64,000 nt of DNA from Phoronis australis (taxonomy: Eukaryota > Animalia > Phoronida): contig NMRA01000288.1 in NCBI GenBank assembly GCA_002633005.1, positions 198,300-262,299 of the forward strand, written 5' to 3'. The notes under the pieces are model-generated. The model had not been told where the DNA came from, made no database searches, and saw nothing but the letters and a program-made list of their open reading frames with translations. This document shows, piece by piece, positions 35,915-49,324 of this stretch (its first letter is position 1; the number at the start of each line of letters is the position of its first letter). The translations under genes were made by a program, and so were the position numbers.

Positions 35915-38900
35915 TGGTATGAGACGGGTTTAGACAGAGTTTGGATTTGTAGCTCAATCTTTGAGGCAATGCCAGCTGAGATTTTTGCCAGCACGTATCA
36001 ACTCGCAAATTCGACCTGGAATTCCCAACGTAGAGCTGAGTTTTCACACTTCTTGGCAGATACCTGACAAGTATAAAGCAATTCGTGTGAATCCAGCCGA
36101 TATTTGGTTATTGTCTAATCAAGTTCAAAAGAACACTAACCGAGAACAGCCCTCCCGATGACTTGTCAACATGTCACGTGAACATGGGATAATGCAGAAT
36201 CGATCTTTGATGCGTTTCGTTGCCGATAACATTTTCGATTACTTTTAATTTCTGGATGAGCCTGACCGAAGCATAGCAGCGGTGTCTCGTCTAATTCTTA
36301 AACGATCAACTTACAAAACTTTGTGGTGGAAAAACATATTTATTTTTCATATAAGATGCCCTTGTTATCAAATACCCACGAAAATATCCCTGATATCGCA
36401 CTGCGACACTGGTCGGTCCCGTTGTTAGCGCGCAAGCGGTTCCGCGGCAGACGATCGTGCTTAGGAAATGTGCGTCTCGGCGTCTCGTTTTTTTTATTGC
36501 AAAAGACTGAAACCGTGAAAATGACAAACCTACTAATCGTCAAACTTTCAGCACAGTGGTATTTGAGAGGCCAATCAATTCTCCGCTACTCTCTCACGGT
36601 TTATAGAAATAGTATACGCACAAGGAACGTCGAGGCCCTCGTTCGCATCACGGCCTCGTTTCTTTTTCCCTGTTAAAACACAGCTTTCTTTACCTCCAGT
36701 TTTTAGGAACTGTCGACTGGGTTGAGAAATCTTCCTGGGCATGTGCCCGACCGTGATTAACGGGACGAACCGCGTTCATAACAAAGCGTAATTAGCGTCG
36801 AAGAAGCTGGCGCACTTGTAGCGGCTACTTGAACAGTCACTTGCGCGTGGTGGTGTTTTGCGGTTAGAACTACGTGTGCCTAGTCCGAGGTTAAATTGTG
36901 ATTTGGCCTACTGCATGTTTCGGAATAACAATTCTAAACTTTTGTTGATTGAATACACCCTAGTCGCATACAGCAACTGTTCTTAAAATTTCAAATAAAC
37001 TCCCGAATATGTAACCGAGCTAATACCACGAGGACCTTATTTATCTCGTTCATGGTAACGGTGTTTTGCTAAGATCTGTTTGAGTGACAGGTGACTCATA
37101 AGTATGTCGCACGCGCTGCCCCAAAAACAAACCAGTGTTACAAATACTGCAGCTGAGTCGTCTGTTTGGTGTTCGAACAGGAAAGATGTTGTGCACCAAT
37201 GGTTATTGCGAATAATCAGTCAAATAGATAAATTTCCTATCACAAAATTTGGTAAGTTGATTGTGTTTAGAGTCCGTAACCATGCGCACAACCAGAGGCG
37301 ATGCAGCTCCTATAGGAGCTCCATACGCCGGAAGCTTTTCGGCGAATTATGCCTCGCACTGGCTAAAGCATGAAAGTCACGTTGTTATAGATACCTTTTG
37401 CGTATGGAGGGACACCTCAAGAGGTTGGCGGTGTGTTTAATTCCTTCCAATTTGAACAAATACTCCCGTTATCGAACTTTTTGTTCGAGCAGTCACTCGT
37501 TCAGTTCCCAAAATCGTGAACTCACCATTTTTATACTGCGCACGCTCCAATTTTTACCGCACTCGCTAAGTGATGTGACTTCATGACCTCAATCTTTAAA
37601 TAGGTCAAAGGTGACCCATTGCGGTCTTGTCAGTCAAATGTTCGTTTCCAAAATGCCACCACTACTTGTCTTCAATTGGCGTTACTTGAAACTGATTGTA
37701 TTTCAATGAATTATTGTTTGTATTTGATAAAAATAAATGATATTTCACTCGTTAAATATATATATGCGAGAATATGGACTCGTCCCTCTTATACCCCCAT
37801 CTTTCGGACTGGTCCAATAACCCCTTGTGTAGATTCGCATGCGGTCCTCCTGCACTCAAGGCACTAGGACATTCCATTTCCAGCCTCACTATTGGTTCGT
37901 TTGTATTACTGCCACGAGTTTGGTCAGCTCCTGGCTCCCATGGGCTGATGATTGTCACGTGTCATAGGGCTCCTTTGTTCTCAAGAAAGTTATATTTCCT
38001 GCCATCTGTACTTTGCTTTGCAGCACTTAGGTTCGAGCTAATCTCTCTTCATTTTTTGCGTTCTCCGATCCCAGTTCCTACGTTCCCGGTAAGCATGTTT
38101 TTATTCCTCCCTCCGCTCTGTCATGCCAGTTCACGGCCTTTCTCTGGGATCACCCTACGTCCGCTGGCTGGGCCATTTTGCCCTCAGCCATGCTCGGTCT
38201 CTTGACCTATTTCGCCTCGGGTTCGATCCCCGTCTTGTCAAGCCAATTCTTGGGCCTCTCGGGTACCACTCTAGCCCCCGGGACCCCGATCCAATCTCTG
38301 TCTCCTCACCCGTGTCTATTCGTGTGACTTTTGACAAGTTGGTGTCCTTTGGACTTTTTATTCGTTCTCCTGCCCATTTCACGTCACTTCCTCAAAATGG
38401 TTCCCGGTACGTGTAACTCGATCTCACCCCACCCATTTTTATCTTGTTCCCCTTATCTTGACTCCATCGTCTCCATACTTCTCCTATAATCGTTTATCTC
38501 CCCATGTACATATATTCTCATGTTTCATTTTATGTTCCCTCCTGTGTTTTGAAGTAGTAACCTTCAGTGGGCGGTACTACCCACCCACCTCTCCTGTCCA
38601 CTTCCATGCCCGTGGGTTCCTCCATCACCCTCTCAGCGTTCGTTTCCCCTTCGGTTTCTAACTCCGTCGTCCTAACCCTCTCCCTCAACCTCCCCGCCCT
38701 TTTTTACCGCCAGTTTCCCCCCTCCATTGAAGGCTGGGTGCGTGCATGGTAACATCGCTGTTTACGTTTTTGAGGACATCGTGCGCCAGAAGGCAATTGT
38801 TTATGCAGAGCAAACAACTGTGGACGAAACATAAAGGTTTATTGAGAGCTAAATAGAATGAAAGATGTCAGTACAAAAGGGCAGACGGCAGAGAGAGGGC

Positions 38901-39857
38901 GCTGACTACAGCGAAATGACATCTGGCGGACTGGCGGTGTGACTCTTTGCGCAGAAGTTCAAACCGCAATTCAAAATGATGTTGGCACTCGTTCCCATAA
39001 ATTCTAAGATTTCGGACACGGTCGATTTTCCGATCTTTCTCATATTTCTCGAATTTCGGACCGCCAGCATTGCCTATTTCTAAAATTTTAGGACAGGCTC
39101 AAAATATTTATAAATTCCCGAATTCTTACGTAAACATAAGTGCCACGTTTTATGTGAAATTTTCACTGAACTGTTCCCGCGCATCCTAATACGTCATTCG
39201 GCTAGGACAACGTTTCACGGATTTTTTTCGACAGGGTGTTTTTCAAACGGACTGCGAACAAAAAGTGGCGGGCGTTTGCACTCAGAGTTAGTTTGGATCT
39301 TTAACGACTTCGATATCAGTCTTATAGCAGGTCAGACGTAGCGGATACTTTTTCAACGACTGTCTTCCTTTTCACACACAGGCGTACTTAGCTTCTGGTC
39401 GTCCCCAATACACAATATAATACTACAAGGTACGACATTCGGGACAAGAAATTCCACTTCAGCCGTTCATCAAACACAAAACTCAATAAATTTACACAAA
39501 ACAGGGTTTCAACAAACCATTGGTAATTGTTCTTTCTTCTAATACTATTCACGGTGTCCTGCTCCAGCGAGATCGTAACAAATTCGCGGTCAAAGCACAA
39601 AAATGTTCCAAAAATCCGACGCATCAGTCCTCCATTGACGGTTCGAAGTCAAGCACGGTACGGCAATTGCCGATTTGTCACGGAGAGTCACAACATCGAT
39701 AACTCCACACCATTTCGTAACCTTCCTTGATGAACCGGCAATTGCCGTCCATCCGTAACTCATCGGATAATTCCGTACCGTCCTTGGCGAGTCTCTAAAA
39801 TGGTGACCCTATTGATAATGTCATGAACTTTATCTGCCTGCTCGAGTCACTGACTTG

Positions 39858-40480
39858 CCTGCAGGTGGCGCAACAATTAGTGGGAATAGTTGAATTAGTT
39901 GAAATGCATGTTCTGTGTCTGTCAAGTAAACAGCCGTTTGCTGATGTCATGATTGTTATCAGTCTGTTCCTGTAGGTGGCGCAGCGATTAGTGGGAATAG
40001 TTGAACTAGTTGAAATGCGTGTTCTGTGTCTGTCAAGTTGTGCGCCTGGTGAGCCTTTTGCCAGCGCCATGTGCTTTATCTGTCTGCCTTCAGGTGACAT
40101 AGTGATTAGTGGGAATAGTTGAATTAGTTGAAATGTGGGTTCTGTGTTACTGAAGCTGTGAGCCTGTAGCTGACATAATGTTTTTTATCAGCCTATCCCT
40201 GCAGGTGGCGCAGCGATTAGTGGGAATAGTTGAATAAGTTGAAATGCTTGTTCTGTGTCTCTCAGTTTGTGAACCTGGTAAGCCTTTTGCTGGCGTCACG
40301 TACTTTTTCAATCTGCCTGTAGGTGGCGTAGCGATTAGTGGGAATAGTTGAATTAGTTGAAATGTGTGTTCTCTGTCTCTCAAGTTGTGGTCCTGTTGCT
40401 GACTTCATGTTTGGTATCAGGTGTGCCTGCAGGTGGCGTAGCGATTAGTGGGAATAGTTGAATTAGTTGAAATGCGTTTT
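39858..40480 (+). repeat. Tandem array of alternating 111/118-bp units (about 5.5 units)
   Basis: Unit starts at 39858, 39969, 40087, 40198, 40316 and 40426. Conserved core cctgYaggtggcgYagcgattagtgggaatagttgaattagttgaaatg. Confidence 0.92.
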
Positions 40481-42086
40481 TGGAGTTTCTAAACTTGTGA
40501 GCCAGTTGATGATGTCATGTAGGTTCTCTGTACTACCGAATACGGCGACGCTCCACTCGTGCACTTCGCAGTCTTCTCACTTGCGACACAGTCTTGGATT
40601 TGTTGGAAACTTGTGCAAAGACACCCCAACCCTTGACGTATTGCCACAGCCTCCAACTACACAACGGTCAGGCATGGCATTCTTCTCCAAATATTCACTC
40701 CAGTTTAAATTTTGAAAAAACAAAAGTACTCCTCTTGGCAAACAGCAATGGACACTGTGGACTGACTCTGAAATGATCGGGTCACGTCCCTACTAACTAC
40801 TGTAACATGGTTATGGTAACACACAAGACCATGTGCATATGTGTCAAATTTCAGAGAATTAATGGGTAAAAGTTGCATAATAAACCGATTCTAACGAACA
40901 GAAAAATAAAATTACATTTGTGCCAGTTGTCCCGGTATAAACCTATGGACAGACTCGGCAGTGATCGGGTCACGTTCCTGATGTGACGTGTTTCAGAAGA
41001 TAGCCGAAGTTGAAAATTTTCTGTTCTCAAAATTTTGTGGGGAAGTGGGAGCGTGTTTTACACGAATAATAGAAGAATATGGGGTATGAAATAAAAAGAA
41101 ATGGGGTTTATAAGCAAACTTTATTGACAGTCAACAAATGTGTATACATATTAACTACAATTAAATAGCTTTGAACTAATTACTATAAGGGATACATTTT
41201 GAATTTTTTAGAATATAAATAATTGAGATTTCTATGCATGCTAAATACACACAAAACGAATGTTCGTCTTTGATTTCATTTTAGCAACTTTAGTCCTCGG
41301 CATTTAAAAAAGAAGAGGGGGAAACTTTAACATTTAATGATTGATAAATAACTCAATGGAATGAAAACTCCTTGCACGTGATTGTTTGTCAAGGCTGTGG
41401 TGACTGATTAACACAAACATATTTACGTTACCCATAAACAATATTCCAGGTGGCATAGGTCTGACCGTACCTTTTCCAGGGGCAAGGGTATGCTCATTTT
41501 ACTCTTGAGCAAACTCAAGTTCATCTTTGCAAATTTCCATTCCGCGTTCAAGTTCCTTCGAGTCCACCACTCAGAAGTTGTGGCCCTTCTGCCGAGGTCA
41601 TTAAATGCAGGCTAGGATTAGCCAGTTATTCACCCCAACCGTTATGTTCTCGAGCATAGAATAAAATACACTTATCTTGATTTCACACAAAAGTAGAACA
41701 AAAATATGGAGTAAATAGACTAGACCCTATACCCAGGTATTCCTATCGCCATTCCAAGGCGGTAATGTACAACTTGTGGAGCAGTCGGGTCGTTAACCTG
41801 CGCTCCTTTATTGTTTCCCCCGACACCGCTGGAGTAGCCAGGAGTATTCAAAAGAGGGTGCTGGTCGCGAAATTGTTGGCGACCCATGATTGGCGTTGAA
41901 GCCCTGCGCAACCTGGAGGCACTGCATGACCGGGTGGGGGGGCTGAAATGAGTTTCTGCCTGGGAAACAGTCTTTGTAATGAACAAGGAGGTAGCCTCGT
42001 TGTGCGCCCCTTTGTTGTATTAAAGCCCAGCTATCCTATAATCTTAATTCGTAACCCAGCCATAAATCAGCATTCTCAATCTAAAT

Positions 42087-42201
42087 ATACAAAACGTACC
42101 GAGAAAGGCGTACATGAAGTAATATCCCACGAGACATTATTACGCGTATAATGTCGAGTGGGACATTACTTCATGTACGCCACTCTCGGTACGTTTTGTA
42201 T
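42087..42201. repeat. Near-perfect 115-bp palindrome
   Basis: atacaaaacgtaccgaga..ggcgtacatgaagtaat.tcccac..gacattat, centre tacgcgta, then the reverse complement. Confidence 0.9.
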
Positions 42202-45006
42202 TTATCCCAAAGGCTTCCAATTCCTAAGTTTCCTTCATTTTTCCACAGATTTTTTAAATGCTTCACTCAGACTGTTCACGTGGCAGATCACATCCCATAT
42301 GTATATTCTTGAGCATTAAGCTGCAAGTTTTCTCTAGTAAAAGAAACAGTTTTAAATGTGACGATTTATTACTTGAAAAGAGATAACAGAGAGGAAAACA
42401 ACGGCAACTTAGCACTGAACTTGTAACGTCTCCTGAAAATAGTTAACAACAATATTTGATATTGCAGTTACCGTGGAACCGGTGCCTGAGATGCAAATGT
42501 TATAATGTCATTCCCTGGATAAGGTTTGAAATATTCAAAAGACCTAAGGATTGATGTGTGAGGGGGAAGCGAAAAATAAATGCCTGATGAGGAAGCAGAA
42601 AATGTGGGACTATCCGTGACGGATGAAATCGTCGTAGTGGTGAACCTTCCGGTACCCACGTTGGCAATTGTAATTCACAAGATGGGGCTCAGAGCCACTG
42701 GCCAGGATAACAAGCGTTTTGTGTTTAGAAATCAAAAAATCACAAGTCTAAATAACATAGATCTAGGTTCTCCTGTCTGTATCTCACGGAAAATACTTCG
42801 AAATTATCCGAACAGACCCCAAACTCCTGCCGAACTTTAGGCTACGGTGTGTCCAATTACCAATAAATCCGTAAGAGCGAAATAAAACAACACGTTTTTA
42901 GAAGAACTCGGTGTATTTTTAAGGGTTTTACATCGAAGTTTGATGATTTATTGGTGTTAAACGATGACTTCAAGCGATTAAGCTGACACCAGTAACCCGT
43001 GTTGTGAACTGCTGAACAGACTGCGTTAGAAACCGATGACGTCATTGGATAATTTCAACACCGGTGTCAGGTAACGCAACCGTACGTGTCGTTATGGAGT
43101 AGAACTACTCGATCTAAATTGATTCAAATTAGATTGTTTTTGGGTGGCATGCTCCTTTAATATGTATTCCAAAATCAGATGTTTTCTGTTCTTTAAAAAC
43201 AAACAAATACCTGTTCATATGTCGAAGTTGATATTGAAAATTTTGTATATTTGCACTGCTTGCTAACGAGCTCTCTGTTTTGTGACGAAACTTGTGCAAA
43301 AAAGTACAGTGCATAGTAACCAAAATATCAAACCTGTATGACTGAATTGCGTGTCCAACCTTTACCCAAAATTCAGAATTTCCCACTCGAAACCGAATAA
43401 AAATATACCCAACCGACCCCGTGTAGCATTAATTATGACCCCGTGAAAACTGACCCCGGTTAGTTTTTTCGAAAGGTCTAAGTTTAATGTGAAGAATATT
43501 CAGCAAATGAAAAAATGACCCCACGTCCGTGAAAACCTGTCCCGTCATTATACAACGGTTTCCCCGCAACAGGGGGTTGGGATAAGCAGACAGCGTGCGT
43601 GAGAGAACAATTTATTTAAAATTTCTCGGCTGAGGGTCGCGCAGTACGTATATAAGATTAAGGGCGGGGATGGAAAGGAACGGTCAGAAACAATGTGTGG
43701 GAGCGGGGCTGATCTGATTGTGAGCACACGGTGTGGGTATACTACAATACGCCAACAAGTGCCTGGTGCTTGATCGGAGGCACTTCAGATCCGTGAGAAA
43801 GGAATACCGTGCCTGAAAAAAGAATATTTGGATGTTGACAATTCCGAGCGGTGCACAGGAAAGGAACTGAGTCTGTGTTCTTTGCTTTTTACATTAATTA
43901 CGACGTTCTCCCGTTGAGTCTAACTTGTTAAGTTGTACATAACAACAAGTTGGGCGGATAACCGCTGTAGCCAATATCTTATACTGACGACTCACAAATA
44001 TAGGGTTGGAGGGTCAGCTCTCGTTTGTTCGATAATTGCTCTAATTCCCGATAAGATCGTATCTTATATCCCCACTGGGCTGTGCTGTTAAAAATAAGTT
44101 AAGTTATAAAATGTTTGAACATTAACCAATGACATTTCTGAATTTCCCATGAAATACTGGTCAAGCTTATAATTTTTGAATCACCTAACTCGCCCAACTA
44201 CAGTCGAAGTTGAGACAATCTATTCTGACCGAACGTACCAACGTATTGGGTTTGACTGTGTTCACATGTGATCGGTTATAAGCCTGGTAGATAATTTATC
44301 TGCATGTTGTCGTACCAGATAAAAGACTATGCTCGGCAGTTAACAAAGGAGCTATATGTTATCACTCGCTCACAACGCTGTACTGAACGGGAGAACGCCC
44401 TAAAGCGACACGAAATAAATGATAAATTTGCGCGATCTTAGTGGTTTCTCTTGAAGAAAACTAAAAAATAAAACGCTCGCAGTGGATTGACAGGCGTGCA
44501 ATCGCTCATGCCACTCGAAAATCTGCCACTGAATCTTAGAACTTGATATTTTCCCTATCGACTGAATAACTCTTAAAAAACGCATGTAAGTGCTACATCA
44601 CATGTTTTTGTATGTTTCTGGAAAAAATCACACTCTTCGGCTTCTTTATTTGTTACATATCGCGCTTTGAAAAGGACAAGTTACCCCGTTTGTTTACACG
44701 GCAATTAGCCGTGTCACGTGACTAGTAGCACTCTCCAATATGGCGTCCAGTGGTCAGCCAGAGACCGTAGAGAGGGAGACGTTTCACCTAGCGAAATCCT
44801 ATTGGACGGCCACTGGCGGCCATTGTTGTTTCATGGACCGTAGAGACGTCTGGCGGGTGTGTGTGCGAAAAAAGGAACTTATGGCTGGTACTCGTGGTCA
44901 GTGGTCACAGAGACAAGATATTTTATATGATCATGTAGTTCGTATAGATTTCCCACAGTTAATACTTCTGAGGTTAGTGCTGTGTCAAGTAACTTCAAAA
45001 CAAGAT

Positions 45007-45590
45007 ATGGCGGCTGCAGTTCCTAAAAAGAGGATCAAAGGAGCTTTTTGCGCTGCTGCAACAGTCACTTGAAAAATCGGGACTTGCACTTCTCCTCAAT
45101 GATAAAGACAGGTGAGATATACGAGTGATTGGAAGAATTCTTTCTGTGATAATGCTGCCAGTCAACCATTGATGTTGGCAGAGCAATTTGAACTTGTCTT
45201 ACCTTTAAGTTTCAAGGCTTTATTTGATTACTCAAAGCAAAATTGTGGTAATCAGATACATGGCCGGGATGAAGGGTACTTGATTTTATGAATTACGCCG
45301 TTATTCAGTAGTAGTAACTGGTTCTCAAATGAATCTTGAATGAGGGACCCACCTATCAAACTATAACCGAAACCGCATGTGTTTCATGACTTAGGGCCTG
45401 CTGATAACTTGTGTTTCTATTCTATGATTGGATCTAAATTGTAATTTCTTTCATTTCTTCAATTCATTTTGTGTTTATACATTCAGATCCAAGAGATAGG
45501 TGATAAACGGCAAATGTGAGGATCTTCTAAGGACAAATGCTGTGATGTTAACTCAGTCCGGTAGACTAGTATGGGCTTAGGTCTTTACTG
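45007..45590 (+). pseudogene. THAP12/PRKRIR-like THAP remnant (probably hAT-derived), first copy
   Basis: ATG at 45007 gives MAAAVPKKRIKGAFCAA, then a frameshifted CNSHLKNRDLHF..DKDR|gt. After the acceptor at ~45486 the frame reads SKR*VINGKCEDLLRTNAVMLTQSGRL, similar to THAP12 W..NCRR.DL......L...YRL. Confidence 0.55.
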
Positions 45591-46429
45591 TGATGGGCCT
45601 TCATTGTACTTTGAAGGACCTATAATCCCAAGGGTCATTACTTGAAAAATATATCAATCAGGCGTTATTGCAAAGCAACACTACTACGAAGGGTGATTAC
45701 TTAGCTACATTAATGGGAAAGAGTGAGTGACGTTGCGTAGACAATATTGCTGATGCCACATAATTTTCCTGCATGTTGTATTTGTTGTAATGTAAATGAT
45801 ACTTTTTCAACCAATAGATCACAGCTACGCCACGAGTGAGCCCAGTGAAACACCCCCATCTACTGAGCACCATACAGTGCTGCTTTAGTAAAGCTCTTAG
45901 GTGAGGTAATAGGACATAATTGATAATGACCACAATTTCATCATCCATGACTGATGGTTTTGTTATACTTATTGTATTGCTACCTGAAGCTAACCTCTCT
46001 ACTTACTATAGTTATAAAAAGCGGACTCTGTTGTTTTTGATTTCATGACTTGAATGTATACTTCTATTGATTTGAAATGGTATTTTAAGTATTTGTTTGG
46101 TTTAACACACTTGGTATTTTTAAAGCCCTTTGATGAAAAAATATGCTGAAAATCAGAGGATGAGTCTTAGGCCAGGCTGTTTGCTAAAAATGTGGGTGTG
46201 GACAAGTACACAGTTGTAGGCAGTTAGTATGTGTAGATACCTTAAATGTATTTTTGTATTCATTCATTTCAGAAAGTTGTTGACTTGCATGAGAAAGTCA
46301 GTCAAGCGGGGATGCCGAAAAGTCTGCGCCCAGCGCTCCCTATTGTGCCTGTAACTGTAGAGGGAATTGTCAGTGGTGCTGTCGGATTAGGCATGGCGCC
46401 AGTAGCTGCAGCATCTTTTGTGCTACCAT

Positions 46430-46920
46430 CAGAGACTGTAGATAGGGGAAAGTCCACCCAGCGAAATCCCATCGGACGGCCACTGGCGAACATTGTTGTT
46501 TCATGGACCGTAGAGACGTCTAGCGAGTGTGCGTGCAATAAACAAATGTGGCAAGGTATCAGTGATCCCGTCAGTAAAAAATCAATGGTGCTTTTTGCAC
46601 TGCCTACGGCTGCAGCAACAGTTAATTGAAAATTCTTGACTTATGCTTTTTGCTTCCTCAATGATTAAGATAGGTGATGTTCTTGCTTGAAACAGAGGAT
46701 ATTTTTGCGTGAAACTGTTGCCAGTCATTTAGTGATGGACTGGGTGATTTGAACTTAATGTCTTTACTGTTTCCTGCATTCGATTACTGATATAGAAAAT
46801 TATCATAAATTGTTTGCATGATTTTTAGAACTACTGATTAGTATATTCTATGCCCATTGATGCTTCTAGTTTTTTCATTTCATTCTGCAGTCTTAATACA
46901 TTCAGATCTAAAAGATAATT
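46430..46920 (+). pseudogene. THAP remnant, second copy, with duplicated upstream region
   Basis: 46430-46545 is similar to 44759-44875. From ~46584 the frame reads NGAFCTAYGCSNS*LKILDLCF...DR|gt. The same acceptor tacattcag|atc is at ~46906. Confidence 0.55.
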
Positions 46921-48180
46921 ATATTTACTATTATTTACTAATTTTATTATTGTTTTTATCATATATTTATTTTTATATCTATTCTTGATTATTTATTATT
47001 ATTATTTACTTTTGTTTATTTGCTATAAAATATTTCTTGTGATCTCATACAGTCAACATCCTGGCTGTCTTTGATCAATAATCTATATAATATGATCATG
47101 ATATGGACTTCAGTGCATAATTAATATTACTTTTATGCTTTGGTAACCTACTTGATTATTTGCCATAGGAAGTGGTGAAGGAAGTGTTCTTTTAAAGGCT
47201 CATTGAGCCATACATCTGTGAGCACTTCGGTAGTATGTGTAGTACCTTGGAAACTTGTTACACTCCAGTGACGACGTCGTTTGTTTAGATTTTTGTTTTG
47301 ACATGGGTCTTAAAACATCAAGTCAGGATATAAGGCGTCGTTATGGTGTTTACTTTGAAGTTGGCCTGCCGAACTAACTACAGATAGTTGATTTTAAAAA
47401 TATGACTGATTTACGAGAGCTGGAAAGCATCGTAAAAATAGCCGAAATGGATTGCGCATTCAATATGCGTTTTGGCTATTTTATGGGGGAATAGAGGCAG
47501 GTTTACTGGACTTCTGGCAGGAATAAAATCTCTTGCTGGTTTGGAACCCCTACCCCTCTTGCCTCCAGTTTCATTCACCACAACTAACCCCAATTCGCTA
47601 CCCATTTCAGATACCATCGGGCACGGATGCTTGGGGGGCAGTAAATCAGTCCCAAATAGCGACTCCACTGTTCCCTAAAACTACTACGTTTTTGGGAGTT
47701 TTCTACAATGAAGTCTCATTATGATTGAAATAAGTAGGGCTCTTTTCATGCAATGCGTCTAATTTAAGGACTAAGTCCCTAAAATGTTTTGACTGAATTA
47801 AGAGCTCAGTTTTTAGTAATATCATTATATAACGTCATAAGTCAAAAGAGGAACTCATAATCAAGATAAAAAGATAGAAAAACATAAAAACTGTGAGCAA
47901 AAAACAAAACAAGGATGAACAAAAGAAGTAAAAATAACATACACATGACGAACGTAGAAGTCCGAAATCAGTAAGAAAAAGGCTACAGTCTTGAGCGACA
48001 CTTGGCGAAACTAACGGAAAAGACAACGACGGAGATGATGACGAAGATGATGACGAATATGATGATGGTGGTGGCGATGATGAACAACATCACAACATTC
48101 ATATGACGAACTTAGATGTCATAAATCAATAAGAAATAGGCTACAGTCTAGTTCAGTAGAAGATAAACCAACATCAATGC

Positions 48181-49128
48181 AGCAAGAGCTTTCAACAAAG
48201 GAACAGCGTTATCAGAAAATCTCAAATAACTCAAAAAGTAGACGTCCTAGCGAAAAATGGAAAACATCTTCTGAAAGCCCGTTCAAAATTCTATCTGAAC
48301 TGATGGTATCGTCTAATTCCGTAAATTTTTCGAAAAAAAATAAATTTTGCGTTTGTACTTTAGAAATTCAATGTCAAATAACTCAAAAACGGTAAGTCTG
48401 AGAAAAAATTGTCGTAAGCCATTTTAAAGATTATAGTTCAAAGAATCTACATGCAAAAAATCACGTCTTTTTCTCTTCCCGTTTAAAATCGCACTCCAGA
48501 CGACTGAAAATGAGTCAACATGCGCCATATGCGCCATCTTGAAAGCAACTTCCGGTTTTTCGGCTTTGTATAATAGCATGTCAAAAGAAACTATTACCTG
48601 TAAAAATTCGAAGGCATTGGTCTTATAATACACCCTCTAGAGGAGAAAACGTTTTTAGGCCAAAATCGAGGTGCGCATGCGCGATCGCCGATATTTCCGC
48701 CATCTTTATCCTGAAGTGAATAATTTCCGGTATACCTGTAGCAAACTTCCGTTCCATTTACTGTGCCGATTCTTAGTTTTTTACGTAAAAAATTGTAGCC
48801 TCCAAAAGCATTTGAACCTTCAAATGGAAACAAAATGGCCGCCACAGCCGCCATCTTGGATCCGATTTTGACGAAAAACAATAGGCTTTTAGTACTTCTG
48901 GAAATACGTGTTATGTGTAAATTTCGTGATGATCGGACGAAAAGTGCGAACAAACAAAAAAAAAAAAACTTAGTGTCAGAGCAACATACTTGGCGAAATT
49001 TATTTCTCCAAGTAAAAACTTAGTGACAGAGCAACATACTTGGCGGAATTCGAAAAATTCCGCCAAGTAAAAAAAGAAACTTAGTGGAACAGCAACATAC
49101 TTGGCGAAATTTATTTCGCCTAGTAAAG
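48181..49128 (+). mobile_element. HINE/DINE-like (Helentron-associated) interspersed element with triplicated terminal hairpin
   Basis: caagag near the start, then aaaatggccgcc...gccgccatcttggatccgattt, aaatttcgtgatgatcgg and an A/C-rich run. Ends with three copies of aacttagtg.cagagcaacatacttggcg.aatt...cgccaagtaa (48966-49128). Confidence 0.55.
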
Positions 49129-49159
49129 ATGCCTAAAAGATTTACCAACTCAATTGAGT

Positions 49160-49324
49160 ACAGGCGGACAAAGGGTGGGGTGGTCAAAGGGGTCTAGACC
49201 CCCCATTTTCCTTGATTGTAGTGATATCAATGCTAGAATTTTCAAATTGTTGACTTGGCCACCTTTCTTAAAAAATCATTATCTGACCCCCCCCCTCTTT
49301 AAAAAATCCTAGATATGACCCTGT
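49160..49324. mobile_element. Degenerate MITE related to the GGCGGAT...ATCCGCC family
   Basis: caggcggaca..ggggtctagaccccc ... tctgacccccccc..atcctagatatgaccctg. Confidence 0.4.

Noticed and set aside
36711-37060. Possible solo LTR (TG start, internal AATAAA)
   Set aside because: No CA end, no TSD and no second copy in the window.
37774-38752. Overlapping ORFs in a C/T-rich stretch
   Set aside because: Compositional bias, with no recognisable domain or splice structure.
39858-40480. CRISPR-like appearance (conserved core with variable intervening sequence)
   Set aside because: The intervening segments are homologous to each other, there are no cas genes, and the context is eukaryotic.
42468-42840. 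Possible exon of an unrelated gene
   Set aside because: Short frames on both strands, no recognisable motif and no partner exons.
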